Below, piece by piece: positions 40,797 through 55,300 of a DNA stretch of 64,000 nucleotides (positions are counted from its first letter, which is position 1; every line of letters starts with the position of its first letter). Under the pieces are notes generated by a model, which was given only the letters and a program-made list of their open reading frames with translations, was not told the origin of the DNA and did not search any database. The stretch lies in NCBI RefSeq assembly GCF_036588685.1, contig NC_086373.1, positions 96,100,001 to 96,164,000 of the forward strand, written 5' to 3'. A program made the position numbers and the translations under genes. The DNA is from Mytilus trossulus. Its lineage: Eukaryota.

Positions 40797-43700
40797 TCAA
40801 TCCTTTCCAGAAAGTCTTAACAATAATTTCCTATAATCTCCATAAGTGTCCTCCTCTATGGCTAACGCTAACCCTTTCTTGTACAGTTCCATATATTTAT
40901 CAGCAATATCTTTCAGGTCAACCTGGAAATAAATGATAAGTTAACATTCAGGCATATTTTTCACTTTCAATCTTTTATATCCGGGCGTCACTGGTGAGTT
41001 TTGTTTGGACGAGGCGCGTTTTTGGTGTATTTAATTTTAGAACTGATGCCTTTTGTTATCTATTAATCATGTGTTTCTTTGTCTAGTACGTTCCACTATT
41101 TATCTGTATTGTAGTCCTGTAATATTATGTTGTCATTTAAATGTTATATTTAACATTGCCATTAAAGTGCGAGGTTTGTCATGCCACAAAACCAAATGTC
41201 CTGTACCAAGTCAGGAACATGGCCATTGTTATAGCCTAGTTCGTTTCTGTGTGTGTGTAACATTTTAAAGTTGTGTCGTTTGTTTTCTCTTATAATTGAG
41301 TGTGAATTCACATTACTATAAGACGTGTAACATTTTAAAGTTGTGTCGTTTGTTTTCTCTTATAATTGAGTGTGAATTCACATTACTATAAGACATGTCA
41401 CGGTACTTTTCTATCCCAAATTCATGTTTTTGGTTTTGATATTATATTTGTTATTCTCTTCGGATTTTGTCTAATGCTTAGTCCGTTTCTGTGTGTTACA
41501 TTTTAATGTTGTGTCGTTGTTCTCCTCTTATGTTTAATGCGTTTCCCTCAGTTTTAGTTTGTTACCCCAATTTTGTTTTTTGTCCATAGATTTTACCAGT
41601 TTTATACAGCGGTATAATACTGTTGCCTTTATTGATACTTCTGAACCAGGATCTTGACCAATGACCACCAATCTCCATTTCTTAGCAAAATTTACAGGAC
41701 TTGGAAATTAAATCATACAAAAACAATTATTTTTCTATACGCTCAGCAGTGTTGTGATATAAGTTTGAATAACGCTACAATATTGAATACATTTTTTCTC
41801 AATGACAGAGCTTCAGCTGTTTCTTAAGGTAATAAAAAAATATAATTTATACTACTGCGCAAGTATTCATGATTTAATATTAACTACGAGTCATTAAGAT
41901 CTGCATCCAATACAATGTAGATTTCATTGAGATGAACCTTAATCACTTTCCCATTCTCAATTCGATGCAAAAAGTAAAATAACAAAATTCCGAACTGCGA
42001 GTAAACTTCAAAACAGAATTTCTTTAATCTAATGTTAAAATCAAAACCCAAAACACATCAAACGAATGGACAACAACTGTCATATTCCTGACTTGGTGTA
42101 AACATTTTCTACGTAGTTTTTATAACTACCTTTAACCTCTCACTTTTTTGACAGTCGCATACATTCCATGGTATATTGACAACAATGTGTGAAGAAAACA
42201 AATAGACATAATAGGCAAAGATATCAGAATTAGGGGTACAGTAGTCAGCATTGTGTTATCATCATAATTACTATAAACAAAAAAATATTAACAAAAAACG
42301 CAGATTGCATAGTTGATAAGTATATTGACTCAGTTAAGCTCGAATTTTTCATCCGAAAGTTTTGCAATGCTTGATCATGTTGGTAGTAGTCGTGTTAGTT
42401 CAGGGAAAATGGTAGGATTACACGATGGTATATGATAACAAAACAAGGGTGCATGTTTCATCAGAATCATATATATAGATTTGTATAAAGCCTGTGTTCA
42501 ATTTCAATATAAGAGGCAACGCTTCTGATAAGTGATCAAGCAATAATGAAACGTAATATGCAGCAATTTGAGCTGTGAAATAAACACTAGGCATAGAAGA
42601 TGTTTTCAATAAAAGATAATTCAAATTAGTTCACTACATAATCATGATAGACAACTGATGGTAAAATGGAGTCTATTTACCTTTACCCAACTTGGAACAT
42701 TTGAAGACAAAAAAATCAAATCAAAGAAAGAAATGAATAAAAGGTGAAAACATGCATGACAAGGTCAAGTTCGAAAAGCAGGCAAACACCTCTTTACATC
42801 GGAAAGCAAGTATACTTAGAGCGGGTCAAATATATAACGAATGTTTTATCATTGCAAATTTCTTTTTTTTTATCAGCAGACATTACCTGTCAATTGTCAG
42901 GGGTGCTCGCTATGCAATAAAAGAAAAGGATTGAGACGCAATATACTTTCAAAAGGTGCTTGACTCTACCATAAAGTACAGCAGATGTTAAGAAGCCCAA
43001 GTTACAAACTATAAGACATAAATGATTTTAGAAAGTATCCATTTTGAAAAAAACCCCATTGAAATGAAGAATAAAAAGATATTCCATCATTGCAATGCAT
43101 TTATTGGTTAGATAACCAAATTCAGACAACGTTTTGAAAAAAAATAGATATTTAAAGATAAAATTTAGTGAAAAGTGAACAAATTAAGCAGAACGTTTCT
43201 TGAAATACTTCTTGAGAACTTGTTTTTATTCATACCTCACAGTGAGCAACTACTAGTTGCATCAGACGTTCATCCTCTGTCCCTGGACCACACATGGTCT
43301 CATGGAAACAACTAGCAAAGTATTCTAGAGGATCCTTAATAAACCTCACTGAAATAAAACAAATATATATATACTAAAAATCTAATTTTAATTTTGCGTC
43401 TGGCATCACTAATAATATGATTTTTGTCATAACCTTTGAACATAATAATAAAGAAAGTACTAAGTAATTGAATATTCATGTAGTGTATAGAACTAATACT
43501 TTAATCTTATCGTCAGTCTAAATAATTCTTTGGCGACATGTTGAAAAGTTTTAGTTTGAAATGTAGAATCAGTCACATTTAACCAATGAATTATAAAAGC
43601 TTTGTTCATTATCAATTTTGCCTAATTTCATGCACATGTATTTGTTAAATAATCCTCTGAACAATTATTTTAACATAAAACTAATTACCAACAGCAAGAA

Positions 43701-46700
43701 ATGCTGTGCTCAAATTTCCACTCATCTCATCTGCAACTACAGTTTCTATGTCTTTCTGTTCATCAGATCTATATGCTTCAAAAACAGCCTTCAAATGTGA
43801 CAAACTTCGTTTTGCTAATATTTTGTTGAATACAGATTCGTCAGTTCCAAACATAAGTTTAGTTCCAGCCTGCAATGTATGTTAAAAAGTTGGACATGTC
43901 TGCATTTACAACTTCATTCATTTGGGTTTTCTGAGTTTCAGTTAGTTTCCCAAATATAACATATCTTAGCTATTGTCATTATGCTCACTAGCATAAAAAG
44001 AATAGTCTAAAAACCATAAGCATTTTTAGTGTTTTTGTGCACCATAGTGTCATTTCATATTTTATAGTTTGTTTTTATTATTATTTAATATTCTGTTTTA
44101 TATGAGGTACGTTTCTTTTTCTCTTTTTTGCAAAGGGTGGGGGGAATAGCCTGATTCCTGGTGGAATTATTAAATGATTATGAACTCCTTTTAATGAAGT
44201 TATCAATTGGTTAGGGAAGATAAAACTAAATAAATTTCGTGCGTCAGAAGCAGTTTTCTGGACTGACCTCCATCATGAACGCTCAAACCCAAACATTTGA
44301 AAACCAGGGGTGTATGGAAATGGTCAAACGTTGGGAGCTAAATTACCACAAGAACTTAGTAAAGGTTTTTCTATATTTCATTCTGAACTTAACCTTAATC
44401 GGAAATATTTTTATCATAAAAAAGAAAAGACAGAACTACATCAACCTTAGTTTATCATGCATTCAATGTCATGAAACATCCTTTCCATTTACCATTAATG
44501 ATACCTAGACCAATTCAGTGGCGAATCCAGAAATTTTCATAAGTGGGGGGCCCACTGACTAACCCGCTCCAGTCATCCAGTCACGCTTCAGTGATTCCCT
44601 ATATAATCAACCGAATTTTTTTCCAAATCCGCCTCTGCAATTTACCATTCATTTCATCGTTAATTGTATATGAGATGCACCTATTCAAATTTACCATCTA
44701 TACTTATTTCTATAAATCAGGAATTCCGTTGTTTCATTAATGAAGTAAACAACAGACCTGTAACTTTTGATTTGACGGGTTTTGGAAAGGTATGGCTTGA
44801 CTGGCTGGTAAAAGTGTGTAGCATTATTTCATGCATCTATATAAATTTCTTTTGCCAATACTACACTATATAAAAAAGGAAGATGTGGTATGATTGCCAA
44901 TGAGACAACTATCCACAAAAGACCAAAATGACCCGGACATTAATATACCTGTTTTAATTCCTTAACATCTTCTTCTACTTCTTTTTGGTCCACAGTTTGA
45001 TTTTCGTCTCTGTTTCCCTGCAGCAAAGACACCAATATACGTTGGAAGTCCCCACTAGTCTCTTCTTTAATATCTTCCTCTAGATCTCTCTCATAAACTA
45101 TATAATAGCAAAACAATATTGAGATCCTGCTAAATATTTAGGAACTAAAACACATTCTGTTGGAATCAATGTCGAAATCTACCAGTGCAGCATGCATAGT
45201 AAGATCTTCTATCTCTTTGTGTTATTTTAAAGTTGTTCCGTTTCTTGACAACGTTTGATTTTGTCATCTTTTATCGACTCACCCTATTTGAATTTTCCTT
45301 GGAGTTCAGTATTTTTGTTATACGTTTTTTTTCTTTGTGTTTTATCACTTTGTTGAAAAAAGCTCTGTGTGTCCAAGCTTTTTATGTTCGATGGATGTTC
45401 TTTGAAGTGATTATCAAAATATACGAAAAGCCCCTGATGTAAAACACAGAAAGTAACACAATGTTTGACATACCTTTCCTGTAGTCTTCTTTAATGTTCT
45501 TAATTTCAGAGTTATTATGTGAACATAGAATTTCGATCAACGTAACCTCCTTTGTACCAATACCCTGCAAAACAAATTTCAAAAAATTGTATGCCGTGAT
45601 TTTGTCATGCAAAGAATAATTCAACTTTTATAATGATATTGCAATAAAACATATACTCATATCAGTGTATATAGATAAATTGTTCACAGTGATGTCTCAT
45701 CTGTAATTATATACATAAATGTTTAATTCAAAAAATTGAAACTAAAATTGTCAATGTGTTTACATTAACTCATAGATATAGAAGATGTGGTATGAGTGCC
45801 AATGAGACAATTCTCCATCCAAGTAACAATTAAAAAGTAAACCATTATAATAGGCCTTCAACACGGAACTTTTGCTCACACCGGACAGCAAGCTATAAAG
45901 GGCATACACAATTACTGGTGTAAAACCGTACAAACGGGAAAAGCAACGGTCTAGTCTATGCCCACTGGTGGCCGTCCGCTGTTTACTGATTTGATCAGAC
46001 TGTTGTCTCTTCTGACACACTCAATTTTATGATAAACTATATGACAATAAAGTATAGGCAATGACTAAAGGTGTCGAGACAAATAATTTCATAGGATTCA
46101 ATCTAAAGAAATTTAAAGAAAGCTTAAAACATGTATGCAATGCGATTTATCTATTGCGGCTAATCACATGTTTACGTTATACATCTTACCTTCATAGCTT
46201 TACGAAGACATTTAGCATCAAATTCAGTGGACGGTGTTAGTCTGTATATACAAAGGCTTTCAAAATGTCCCGATAGCTCACTTCTCAGGTCCTCTTCTAA
46301 GTCCTATAATGTAAGTTATTTGCATAGAATCAATGTCATGACGAACTAGGCAAACTTGTTATTTTAAAATTTAAAAAATAATTTAAGTAGGCATTTTGAT
46401 AGATTCATAGACATGTAGCCAGAAATAATGTTTCAAATGAATAAGATGAAAGTATTCGTTTTAGAATGAAAAGATGAATTTTGGCTGTATGTCAAGTTTC
46501 AAAACATTTATGATTAAATCTAATAACCTTGCATACCTTTATTATTTTTTCTCTTTAGTTGACTGTCGTATTATGCTGCTTTCAATAACAAAAAACTAAG
46601 CATATTTACCCTTCCATATAAAGTCTTGTAAGTAGATTTAACAGTCTGTAATTGTGTGTTAGTATGCGAAGACAACGCTTCAATTATCACCTTTTCATCA

Positions 46701-49098
46701 GTACCTGTAGCAAGCATACAAAGAGAATAATGTTAAAATGCAAATGTGGTAAAGTTGTTTTGGAGTTTTAATTTCTTTTGAATTAAACCAGTATCCGAGT
46801 AAATTCCATTTACATTTGTAAATTAATACAGACTTTATGAATTTCAAAAAAATTGAAATGCATTTCTGGATTAACCTTCACCAGGAACGGTCAAAATACA
46901 AATGTTTGAAAGTCAGGAATGTATAAATACGAAGAAACGGTAGAAACAAGCTATTTGACCAAAAAGAGTCTACAGTGTAGACAAATTCAAAAACTTTGTC
47001 TTAGGGACTTGGGACATAAGTTTATTATGAACTTCTTCGCAACACATATTATGTTGGTCGCCGAACAACTATGTGAACATGATTTTCCTTAACAACTTCA
47101 ATCAAGTGAGGGTACACATTAAAAAGGGAACACATACTAAATGTAATATAAAAAAATGTTCATATATTTCGGGCTTTAATGTATTAGAGAGACAACAATG
47201 GTTAGTGAGAGCCGTGGTGTAGTGGTTAGCGCATCGGACTACTAACACAAAGGTTCCTGGTTCGATTCCCGTTTGGGATGAAAATTTCAGGAACTCAATT
47301 TTCGGCTCTCCCTTGACACCATTTGCGAGTATGGTCTTGAGGAAACGATGATAGTCCGTCGGACGGGGACGATAAATGGCTGACCCGTGTTAAGAGAGAG
47401 CCATATCTCTTGCACGTTAAAGACACCCTTGTAGATTTCGAAAAAGAGTAGGCTAATGCCGCTACAAGGCAGCACTCGCACCCGCAAAGGGATTAATATA
47501 AGTTGTAAAACTTGGTCCCAATCCACTATAAATAAATATGTTTAAACTAAGTTTACAATGATTAACCTTTGCAATATTGATCTCCACTACTTTAAAAATA
47601 AATATTTCGGGATTCACCTACCCAGTCCTTTCATAGCTTTCCGTAAACGTTCTGATATTTTCTCTTGATCCCCATTCGTGAAATCACTCTCTCCTTTCCC
47701 CTTAACTGTGCCCTGATATAAAATTTAAAAAAAATTAGTTTACATTGACAACTTGAACTAAATATATTACACTATTTATATATGATAAGATAATATAAGT
47801 TATATTTTATTTCCAATTAACGGCCCACAAGGGTCATATATAGAATACAAGTATAAGCAAAAAGAACACTGATTAGTATAGATACATAGAATTTACATAC
47901 ACACTCACTATACAATTAGACTGTAAGTAATAAAACTGTTGGTTTACAATATATAATATATTTATATGAGCAGTTAATACATCTAACTCCTATTGACTTG
48001 AATAAATTTTCCAAAATAATTAAGAACCTGATTGTCTTCACAACTTAATAAATAAATAAATGTTTGCTGATTGTCTACAGTAAAGTTGTGTATTTTATGG
48101 CAATCAAAGTCAAAGAGATCATCTCTATCAGACTTAAATTTTGCACATGAAGTTAACAAATATATTTCATTGCATTGTTGAGTCAGTTAATACGATTTAC
48201 AGACATGTGACCCCTAAGTTTTAACAATTCAAAGATAACAGTTTTATATAAAAAATGTGTATATCATATTTTTTCAAAATCTTCTGAAAAATGATTTGTT
48301 TTCTCTTATGAAATGACATACACATGGAACATACCGATTGAAATTCGGCAACCGCTTTGAGCAATTGCGAATGCAAAACCGGTGATTGAAAAACTAAAAC
48401 TTCGGTACCATATGAAACTTCGTCGAAACATGGGTTGTGGGTTTGAACCAACGTAGGGTCTTCCAAAGAAACAAGTTCTGCTATCATGCCACGTAAGTTC
48501 TATATAAAATTCTCCTGTTTGTTCGTTGCTGATACATTCTTGGGTCAATACTGCTCACATTGCGTAGCTTTTTATCATTGAATGAATAATTTGATGGAAT
48601 TCGAAAACCGCAAAATATAAAAGAAAAAATGAGATAGGAAAGGGTTTAATATCAGAAGATTTTTTTATAATTTACAAAAGGTAGATGTTATTTGATAAAT
48701 CTTGGAATTATATTTGTAACACTGAAGTAAACAAACTGCTTTGACCTTTATAATCAGGGTTTAATACATGGTTTGTGATTTTATGGATGTTCACGAACCA
48801 TGCATGCTTTTACAGAAACACCATTTTATCAATCTAAACAAAAGAGTACTTTATCCGTAAATAAGCAATTGAATAACATAAACATAACGATATTGATTTG
48901 AAGCTGTCAAATGTTTACATTGGATACCGTTAATGCGCTAATTCCTTCACATCAATTCAAAGTATAATTAAGTCATAAATATTTTAGATAATTAAATAGA
49001 TTTTAATTACATATGATGACAAGTTAATTAGATAATGAATGGATTACTTAACGTATATATGGATTAAGTAATGTTACCTCATGATAACAAGCCGCCAT
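40797..49098 (-). CDS. Annexin (four annexin repeats, short N-terminus), about 326 aa, 9 coding exons
   Basis: Exons 49098-49078, 47712-47622 (LRKAMKGLG), 46704-46610 (TDEKVIIE), 46303-46190 (DLRSELSGHFE..LRKAMK), 45564-45474 (GIGTKEVTLIEIL), 45097-44949 (EETSGDFQRILVSLLQG), 43869-43689 (FGTDESVFNKIL), 43348-43236 (GPGTEDERL), 40922-40797 (DTYGDYRKLLL). 981 nt in frame. The first micro-exon is the least certain. Confidence 0.93.
47207..47550 (+). mobile_element. tRNA-derived SINE in an annexin intron (central domain resembling Deu/Nin-type SINEs)
   Basis: A box TGGTGTAGTGG and B box GGTTCGATTCC, but no acceptor stem. About 340-bp body with an AT-rich tail. Candidate TSD acaatggtta (47195-47204) / acaatgatta (47555-47564). 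Confidence 0.8.
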
Positions 49099-49699
49099 TC
49101 TGCTTCACAAGTTATTTACACTGACAACGGATGAAGAGTATTGAATGAAACGATGCATAAAAAAGTGATCAATAAGTCAATCTACCGAAAAATATATATA
49201 AACTTTTAACTTTCAGCGACAACATTACAAGCAATACGTTTTGATAATGTCAATGTGGCTGGGAGTTTAAATTGTATGAACTTTTTTCAACAATGCATAT
49301 TTACATAAAATACGATATTGCCTGATCCTTAAGCAGACTTGCACTTAAAAACATTTATATACATTTATGTTTATCTAATGAATTAATTATTGAGGCAAAT
49401 TATTTATATGTTATCAAGGTTTCAAAAGCAATGTTTATTTCAATGTATATTTTTATGGGTCTGCAGTGGTACAAGTTCCGACGATCGCAATTGTTTTAAT
49501 TGGTAGTTAACGTTGGTTTAAGTTTACTGCCAGTAGTACAATTTGACTTAGTACGAACATGTGATAGAATGAACGGACATGTTTCCGTGGAAAGAAAACT
49601 GAGTTTGTGTCCTATAGTAAAAAAGCTATGAGACACGAATCAGACATATGTTCACTGCAACAGGGTTCAAAGGTTAGGTCTGAATACCCATAGTAAATG

Positions 49700-50690
49700 T
49701 AAATGATTTGTTATTTTGCCCCATACATGAATATTTATGGTTTAAGGGTGGGGATCTGGACGGTTTAAAGTTCTCAACAGGAAGGGGTAGGATGACCCCA
49801 TGGACTTCCCCTACATTACATCTGATTTGTTATATTGTCCCATACATGAATATATATGGTTTAGGGGTGGGGATCTCATCGGTTTTCAAGTTCTCAAACA
49901 GGAGGGGTAGGGTGATCCCAGGGACTCCCCTATATTTCATTTAATTAGTTATATTGACCCATACTTGAATATATAGTGTTTAGGGGTGGGAATCTCGACC
50001 GTTTCCAAGTTCTCAAACAGGAGGGCAGGGGTTACAACAAGGACTCCTCCTATATTTCATTTGATTCGTTATATTGTCACATACCTGAGAATATATGGTT
50101 TAGGGGTGGGGATCTCGATTGTTTCCAAATTCTTAAACGGGAGGGTAGGGGTGACCCCCAGCGACTCTCCCTATATTTCATTTGCTTTTTCATATAGTCC
50201 TATTCATGAATATCTATGGTTAAGGGATGGGGATCTCGACCATTCTCAAGTTTTCAATTTTGCAGCTGCAACTGCAGGGACTCCCTATATATATCATTTG
50301 ATTGATTATAAATTGTCCCATACTTGAATATATATTGTGTTTATTGGCGGGGATCTCGACCGTTTCATATGTTCCCAAACAGGAAAGGGTGGGTGACTCC
50401 CGGCCCAGGCCTGAGGAACTCCCCCTTTATTTCATTTGATTAGTTATATTGTCCCATACATGAGTATGTATGGTTTAGGGTTTGGAATATCATCAGTTTC
50501 TAAGTTATCAAACAGGTGGGGTTAGGGGAAACACAGGGAATCCCCTTATATTTCATTTGATTTGTTACATAGTACAATAAATGAGTATATATGGTTAAGG
50601 GGTGGGGATCTCGGCCATTTCAAATTTATCAACAGGAGAGGGTAGAGTGGCACAAAGGACGCCACCTATATGCCATATGATTTGCTTACA
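49700..50690. repeat. G-rich tandem satellite, about 120-130-bp unit, about 8 diverged copies
   Basis: Recurring tatattgtcccatacatgaatatatatggtttaggggtggggatctcgac...ttctcaaacaggaggggtagggtgacccc...ctcccctatatttcatttg. Confidence 0.9.
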
Positions 50691-52303
50691 CTCAGGTTTT
50701 ATATAATAAAATTGCAGTATTTGTGAAAATAAAGCTGTAAGAAACTTCCAGCTACTTTCATTGTCCCTTTGAGAAATTGAGAAAGATATCCGTTCAAAAT
50801 TGCAGTAATATGTTTACACTTTAAAAGCATCTTACATGCATTATCATCATTTATTACTGATAACGAAAAATTAAACTGTGACCATGAACATATATATTGT
50901 TAGATATACTGTTCCCATCTGTCACATTGGATTGAGCTGTATTGAATTTTGACATTAAAATTTGTCAAAAAGTAATTTTGAGTTTCTGTTTAAAATATTT
51001 TCTGCTTTTTCTTTCTTTTACATATATCTTTTGGTTTTCAATTCTAGTGTGTATATTCATTTACCATGCATAGATTTATTTTGTAACCTGCCTGGATTTT
51101 TTTTTTAAGTTGATCGCCAAAACCCAGAATCACCCTTATCCGCTTCCGGAATCGTATCCGATATTGTATTTTTTTTTCTTCACGGCAGCCATTGTTTACA
51201 ATGGAGTTTTTGTCAGTCAGATACGATTTCACTCGAATTTACACATTATTTGTCGTCGATTTTCCGTTTAAAGCTAGCGGTTGAACAAAATGAACATCGC
51301 TGTCATGCATAATAATGATGAAAAGAAGTTTGAGATCGTTTATTTGGAGACTTTGGTAAAAAATTTGCAAAGACCAAAGTATTTTTTTTTTAATTTTCAA
51401 GTGGACGGTGACTACGTCGGGCGTAGCTAGAAAACAAGTCCAAATTCCGCTTGCAAACGTGAAAGTTCGCGGACCTCGGACCACCGCTAATTTGAACCTC
51501 TGCCTCCAAATTGAAAAGATACAAAATTTTGTCTTCTAATTTGAAATTGCCGCCCAACAGCATGAACAATTGAACTTATTAGATATTTATGACGTAGTTG
51601 TACTACGTATTGATGACTTTTGCCATTTGGGAAATCTAAACTACTTGTCTTATTGACATATTTCATACAATTGTTCTTTGAAACCATAGCCAAAAGCACA
51701 GGCCATAATAAACTACACAAGGATTCCTAATAAGCACTAATTTCTATGTGCAACTCCAAAACTTTTGGATGATTCTACGATCATTTAAGTTTTTTTTGGT
51801 CATATTTTTTGTAATCCCGAATTTAAAGTATAAAAAAGGTTTCCAATTAGTAATATATAACTATATAACAGTAGCTATCTAGATAATACAATGGCAAGTA
51901 TTTTAGCATTTATTGGGTAGAACACAAATCTAAGGTGCTCGCATAATGCAGCTTAACAGCATAAAAAATGGTAAAATGATTATGAAAAACAACAATTGTG
52001 GTTTCAACTGCCCCAGGCAAAGTTGATATTATACGCTTTTTTAACTCAGTTTTGATAAATTACTCAACTTTCTGTTTTTTTTTACACATTCTTGACTTTT
52101 CAATGGGTTGGATTAAGCATTCATATTGACGGTAAACCAAGGGAAGGGTTACGGACTCACGCAATTCCTAAAAAGTTATTTTTTGAAATTATTGACATTT
52201 AAAAAATAGTAATTGCTAATCTTAAATCTACATAATGAAGGCTATTTTCGCCTTATCACAAACCCTATTGTTGTAAGGTATGAAGTAAAAATAATACACT
52301 CAC

Positions 52304-55300
52304 TTTGATATAAGGGGTTATAGAAACAACCATAAAATGCCCTGGTAGTGAACATTTACAAACAGTCTGAATTTCATCTGTTCTTGAAATAGTACATTGG
52401 TCATTAGTCCAACGACCAAACTGGGGTTCTCTATAATTAAAAACAATATATAGATATATATACATTTCTGTAACAAAGAAGTTGCTTATTTTCATTTTAC
52501 AATCTGAATTGATTATGTTTCAATGATTTCAAATGTATCAATCATGAGCAATAATTCATAGAAGAACATATTACTAATGCAAAAGCAAAAGAAACAAAGC
52601 GCGCTGTGTAAAAACCGTAGGGTCGTATTTATTTCATATTATATGACAAGTGTACGTCATTTGAAAAAAAATGAACTATTAGACGCTTGTAAACAACACT
52701 ATTTATACTACTAGTAGTAGAAAAATGAAAAATAATTTTCGAACCTTTTTTATTATTCATTCTTATAATGTATCGACGTAAAGCCGCATCTGGTGTAAAA
52801 GAAATTGATACCGTTAATATTAATACTACTACTGAGTCGATACATCTGTTTGTGGACTGTTAATTCCCGAGGTTATCCCTAGATATATAGCCAGAACATT
52901 GGTTCTGGCATTGACTCATGGCATTGTGTTACTAAAACTTATCGTTACAATTTTGGAAATTACAGGAAATTAAAGGTACCAGTCTTGTATTACAACTCCA
53001 GTTTCCGGTACATGTCAAAACAAAATATTCCATTTTTTCTGAATTTTTTTTTAACTCAATATTTTCTGTTTGATTATAGGTTTATGCTGCATTTAAATAC
53101 ATATATAGATTTAAAAAAAATCTTGCATCTTTTTGGGGATATTCATCCAGGAAATTGGAAGGATATCTTGTTTACTGGAGGTGGTGCTGTAAAAACAGCA
53201 AAAAGAAAGTAGAAAAAAATGTTTTGACTTCAGGGTTACGTAACTTTTTATTCTTCGTGGCATGACCCACTTTTTTTTGGATTAAATCACAATTTCACAT
53301 TAAAACATACATGACATGAACATCAATTTTTTTTCTATGATCAGATTTTTTGCATGTAAGCCTATGGAACAGTCAATTACAAGACTGCAACCTAAAGAAT
53401 ATGTCTTACTCTTGCACATATACTTGTTTTTCTACTGTTATAGTTCTGTGTTGTCAGTTCTACCAGTCTCAATGTTGGTAAAACTTCTGATACAAAAACC
53501 AAATAACAGTATGGCAAAGATATTAAAGCTTACCGTTGATCAAATCAAACTCCCATGAAACACAGACTGTTTGATTATATTTATTTGTGGATGAATGCAA
53601 AATAAAGGGATATTATGAAAATGTAAGGAATCAGGTAAGGAAAACATCAAGAAAAAACATTAATGTCATTAAAAGTTTACTAACGTTATATAATAGTAAA
53701 TAAAATCATCAGAAATACCAGGATTAAAATTTCATATTTACCCAAGACGCGCGTTTCGTCTACAGAGGACTCATCGGTGATGCTCGAATCCCAAATTGTT
53801 GAAAAGGCCAAAAAAGGTGTGAAAAGTCGAAGAGCATTGAGGTAAAAAAAATGTTTGAAAAGTATAAAGCATTGTAACACACTCTTTTGCATCTAGTATC
53901 TTGCTGAACACAATAGTACCACACAAGGAAAACTTTATTTACCTGTCTTTTTATTCAAGATAACTTACCTGAGAAGTATGTTTGATTGGAATGTAAGCCG
54001 TGAAATTCTCTGGATGAGGACTGCTGCCTTGCATATGGAATATCGAATGGACATCGGAGATGGGAGACAGGAATTTGATGCTGTAATAATTTAAAGTGAT
54101 CACACTTTCAATGCTTTATTACTAATGTTAAATAGACTGTGTCTTAGTCAGGGCAAAATAAAATAAAATATGTATGGCGAAGTATATGAATATCGTGCAA
54201 TTCCCACTGTTTAAAATAATAAACTTTTTGTCGGTTTTAAATCAGAGCTTTTTACATCAACTGAATATAAATCTAGATCCTTTCACATTATATACAAAAA
54301 AGAACCACTAAGATGTAAAAAAAAAAGTGTTTATTACTACCATAAAAGCAAGTTACTGCTTTTATTGATATCACCTTTAGCAGTTGAACTGGAGAAAATG
54401 TTTTACAAGAAGTGAGAACAAATATGTTATTCAAGTGTATATTTTATGTACCTTTTTAAGCTGAAAATTGTAACAGGGTTCATTTTTGAAGGCTTATAGT
54501 ATTCCAAAGCTTATAATATAGATTCAGGTTCATGATGAACATGTATACTATATCTGGCACATTAATCTCATTCGGTTGGTGTACTATTTGCGTGTATATA
54601 GATATACCCATAAATTGTGCTAAGATTTATATTGACAATATTTGAACATCCGAATGTTCTTATTCACAAAATTTTTTGTAATCATTTATAAAAGTTAAAA
54701 AATATTACAAACCTTGGATTTAGTTCTTTTGCTGAAAGCATAGACACAATAGCTTTGTTTTTAAATGAGAAAACCTGCAGTTTCTCCATGTCTGAAAAGA
54801 AATTTTAATAAACTGATTATTTGTCTGCACTTTCTCAAACCTTTCAACTGCATATTGTGTTTATCATTTACAAGAACTAGTTAATCAAGATCAAATTATT
54901 TATTGAAATCCACATATTTTAGACAAAATGTATGTTCTACAAGGGTCTCGATGGTCATAGCTTGGATAACAAACACTGACTGAGTATTTAGTAACAAATG
55001 CCACTTAAATAAAATTGACAAATTTACCATTTTGATAATCGAGACATGTAGATAAACTCATCATAGATACCAGGACTAAATTTAGTATATACGCCAGACG
55101 CGCGTTTTGTCTTCAAAAGAGTCATCAGTGACGCTCGAATCCAAAAAAGTTAAAAAGGCCAAAAAAAGTACGAATTTGAAGAGCATTTGTAGAACCTATA
55201 TTGAGACTCTTACTTAATACATAGATTAAACGAGGTCAAAGTGTCCTGCTTGTGAAGTTTCCTCTTTAAACTTTCGTCTTTAATTCCTTGTCGGTAATAA

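Noticed and set aside
47207-47280. tRNA gene
   Set aside because: A and B boxes are present, but the acceptor and anticodon stems do not pair and the sequence continues into a SINE body.
51239-51960. 7TM exons of the adhesion GPCR
   Set aside because: Only short hydrophobic stretches interrupted by stops; no family-2 GPCR motifs.
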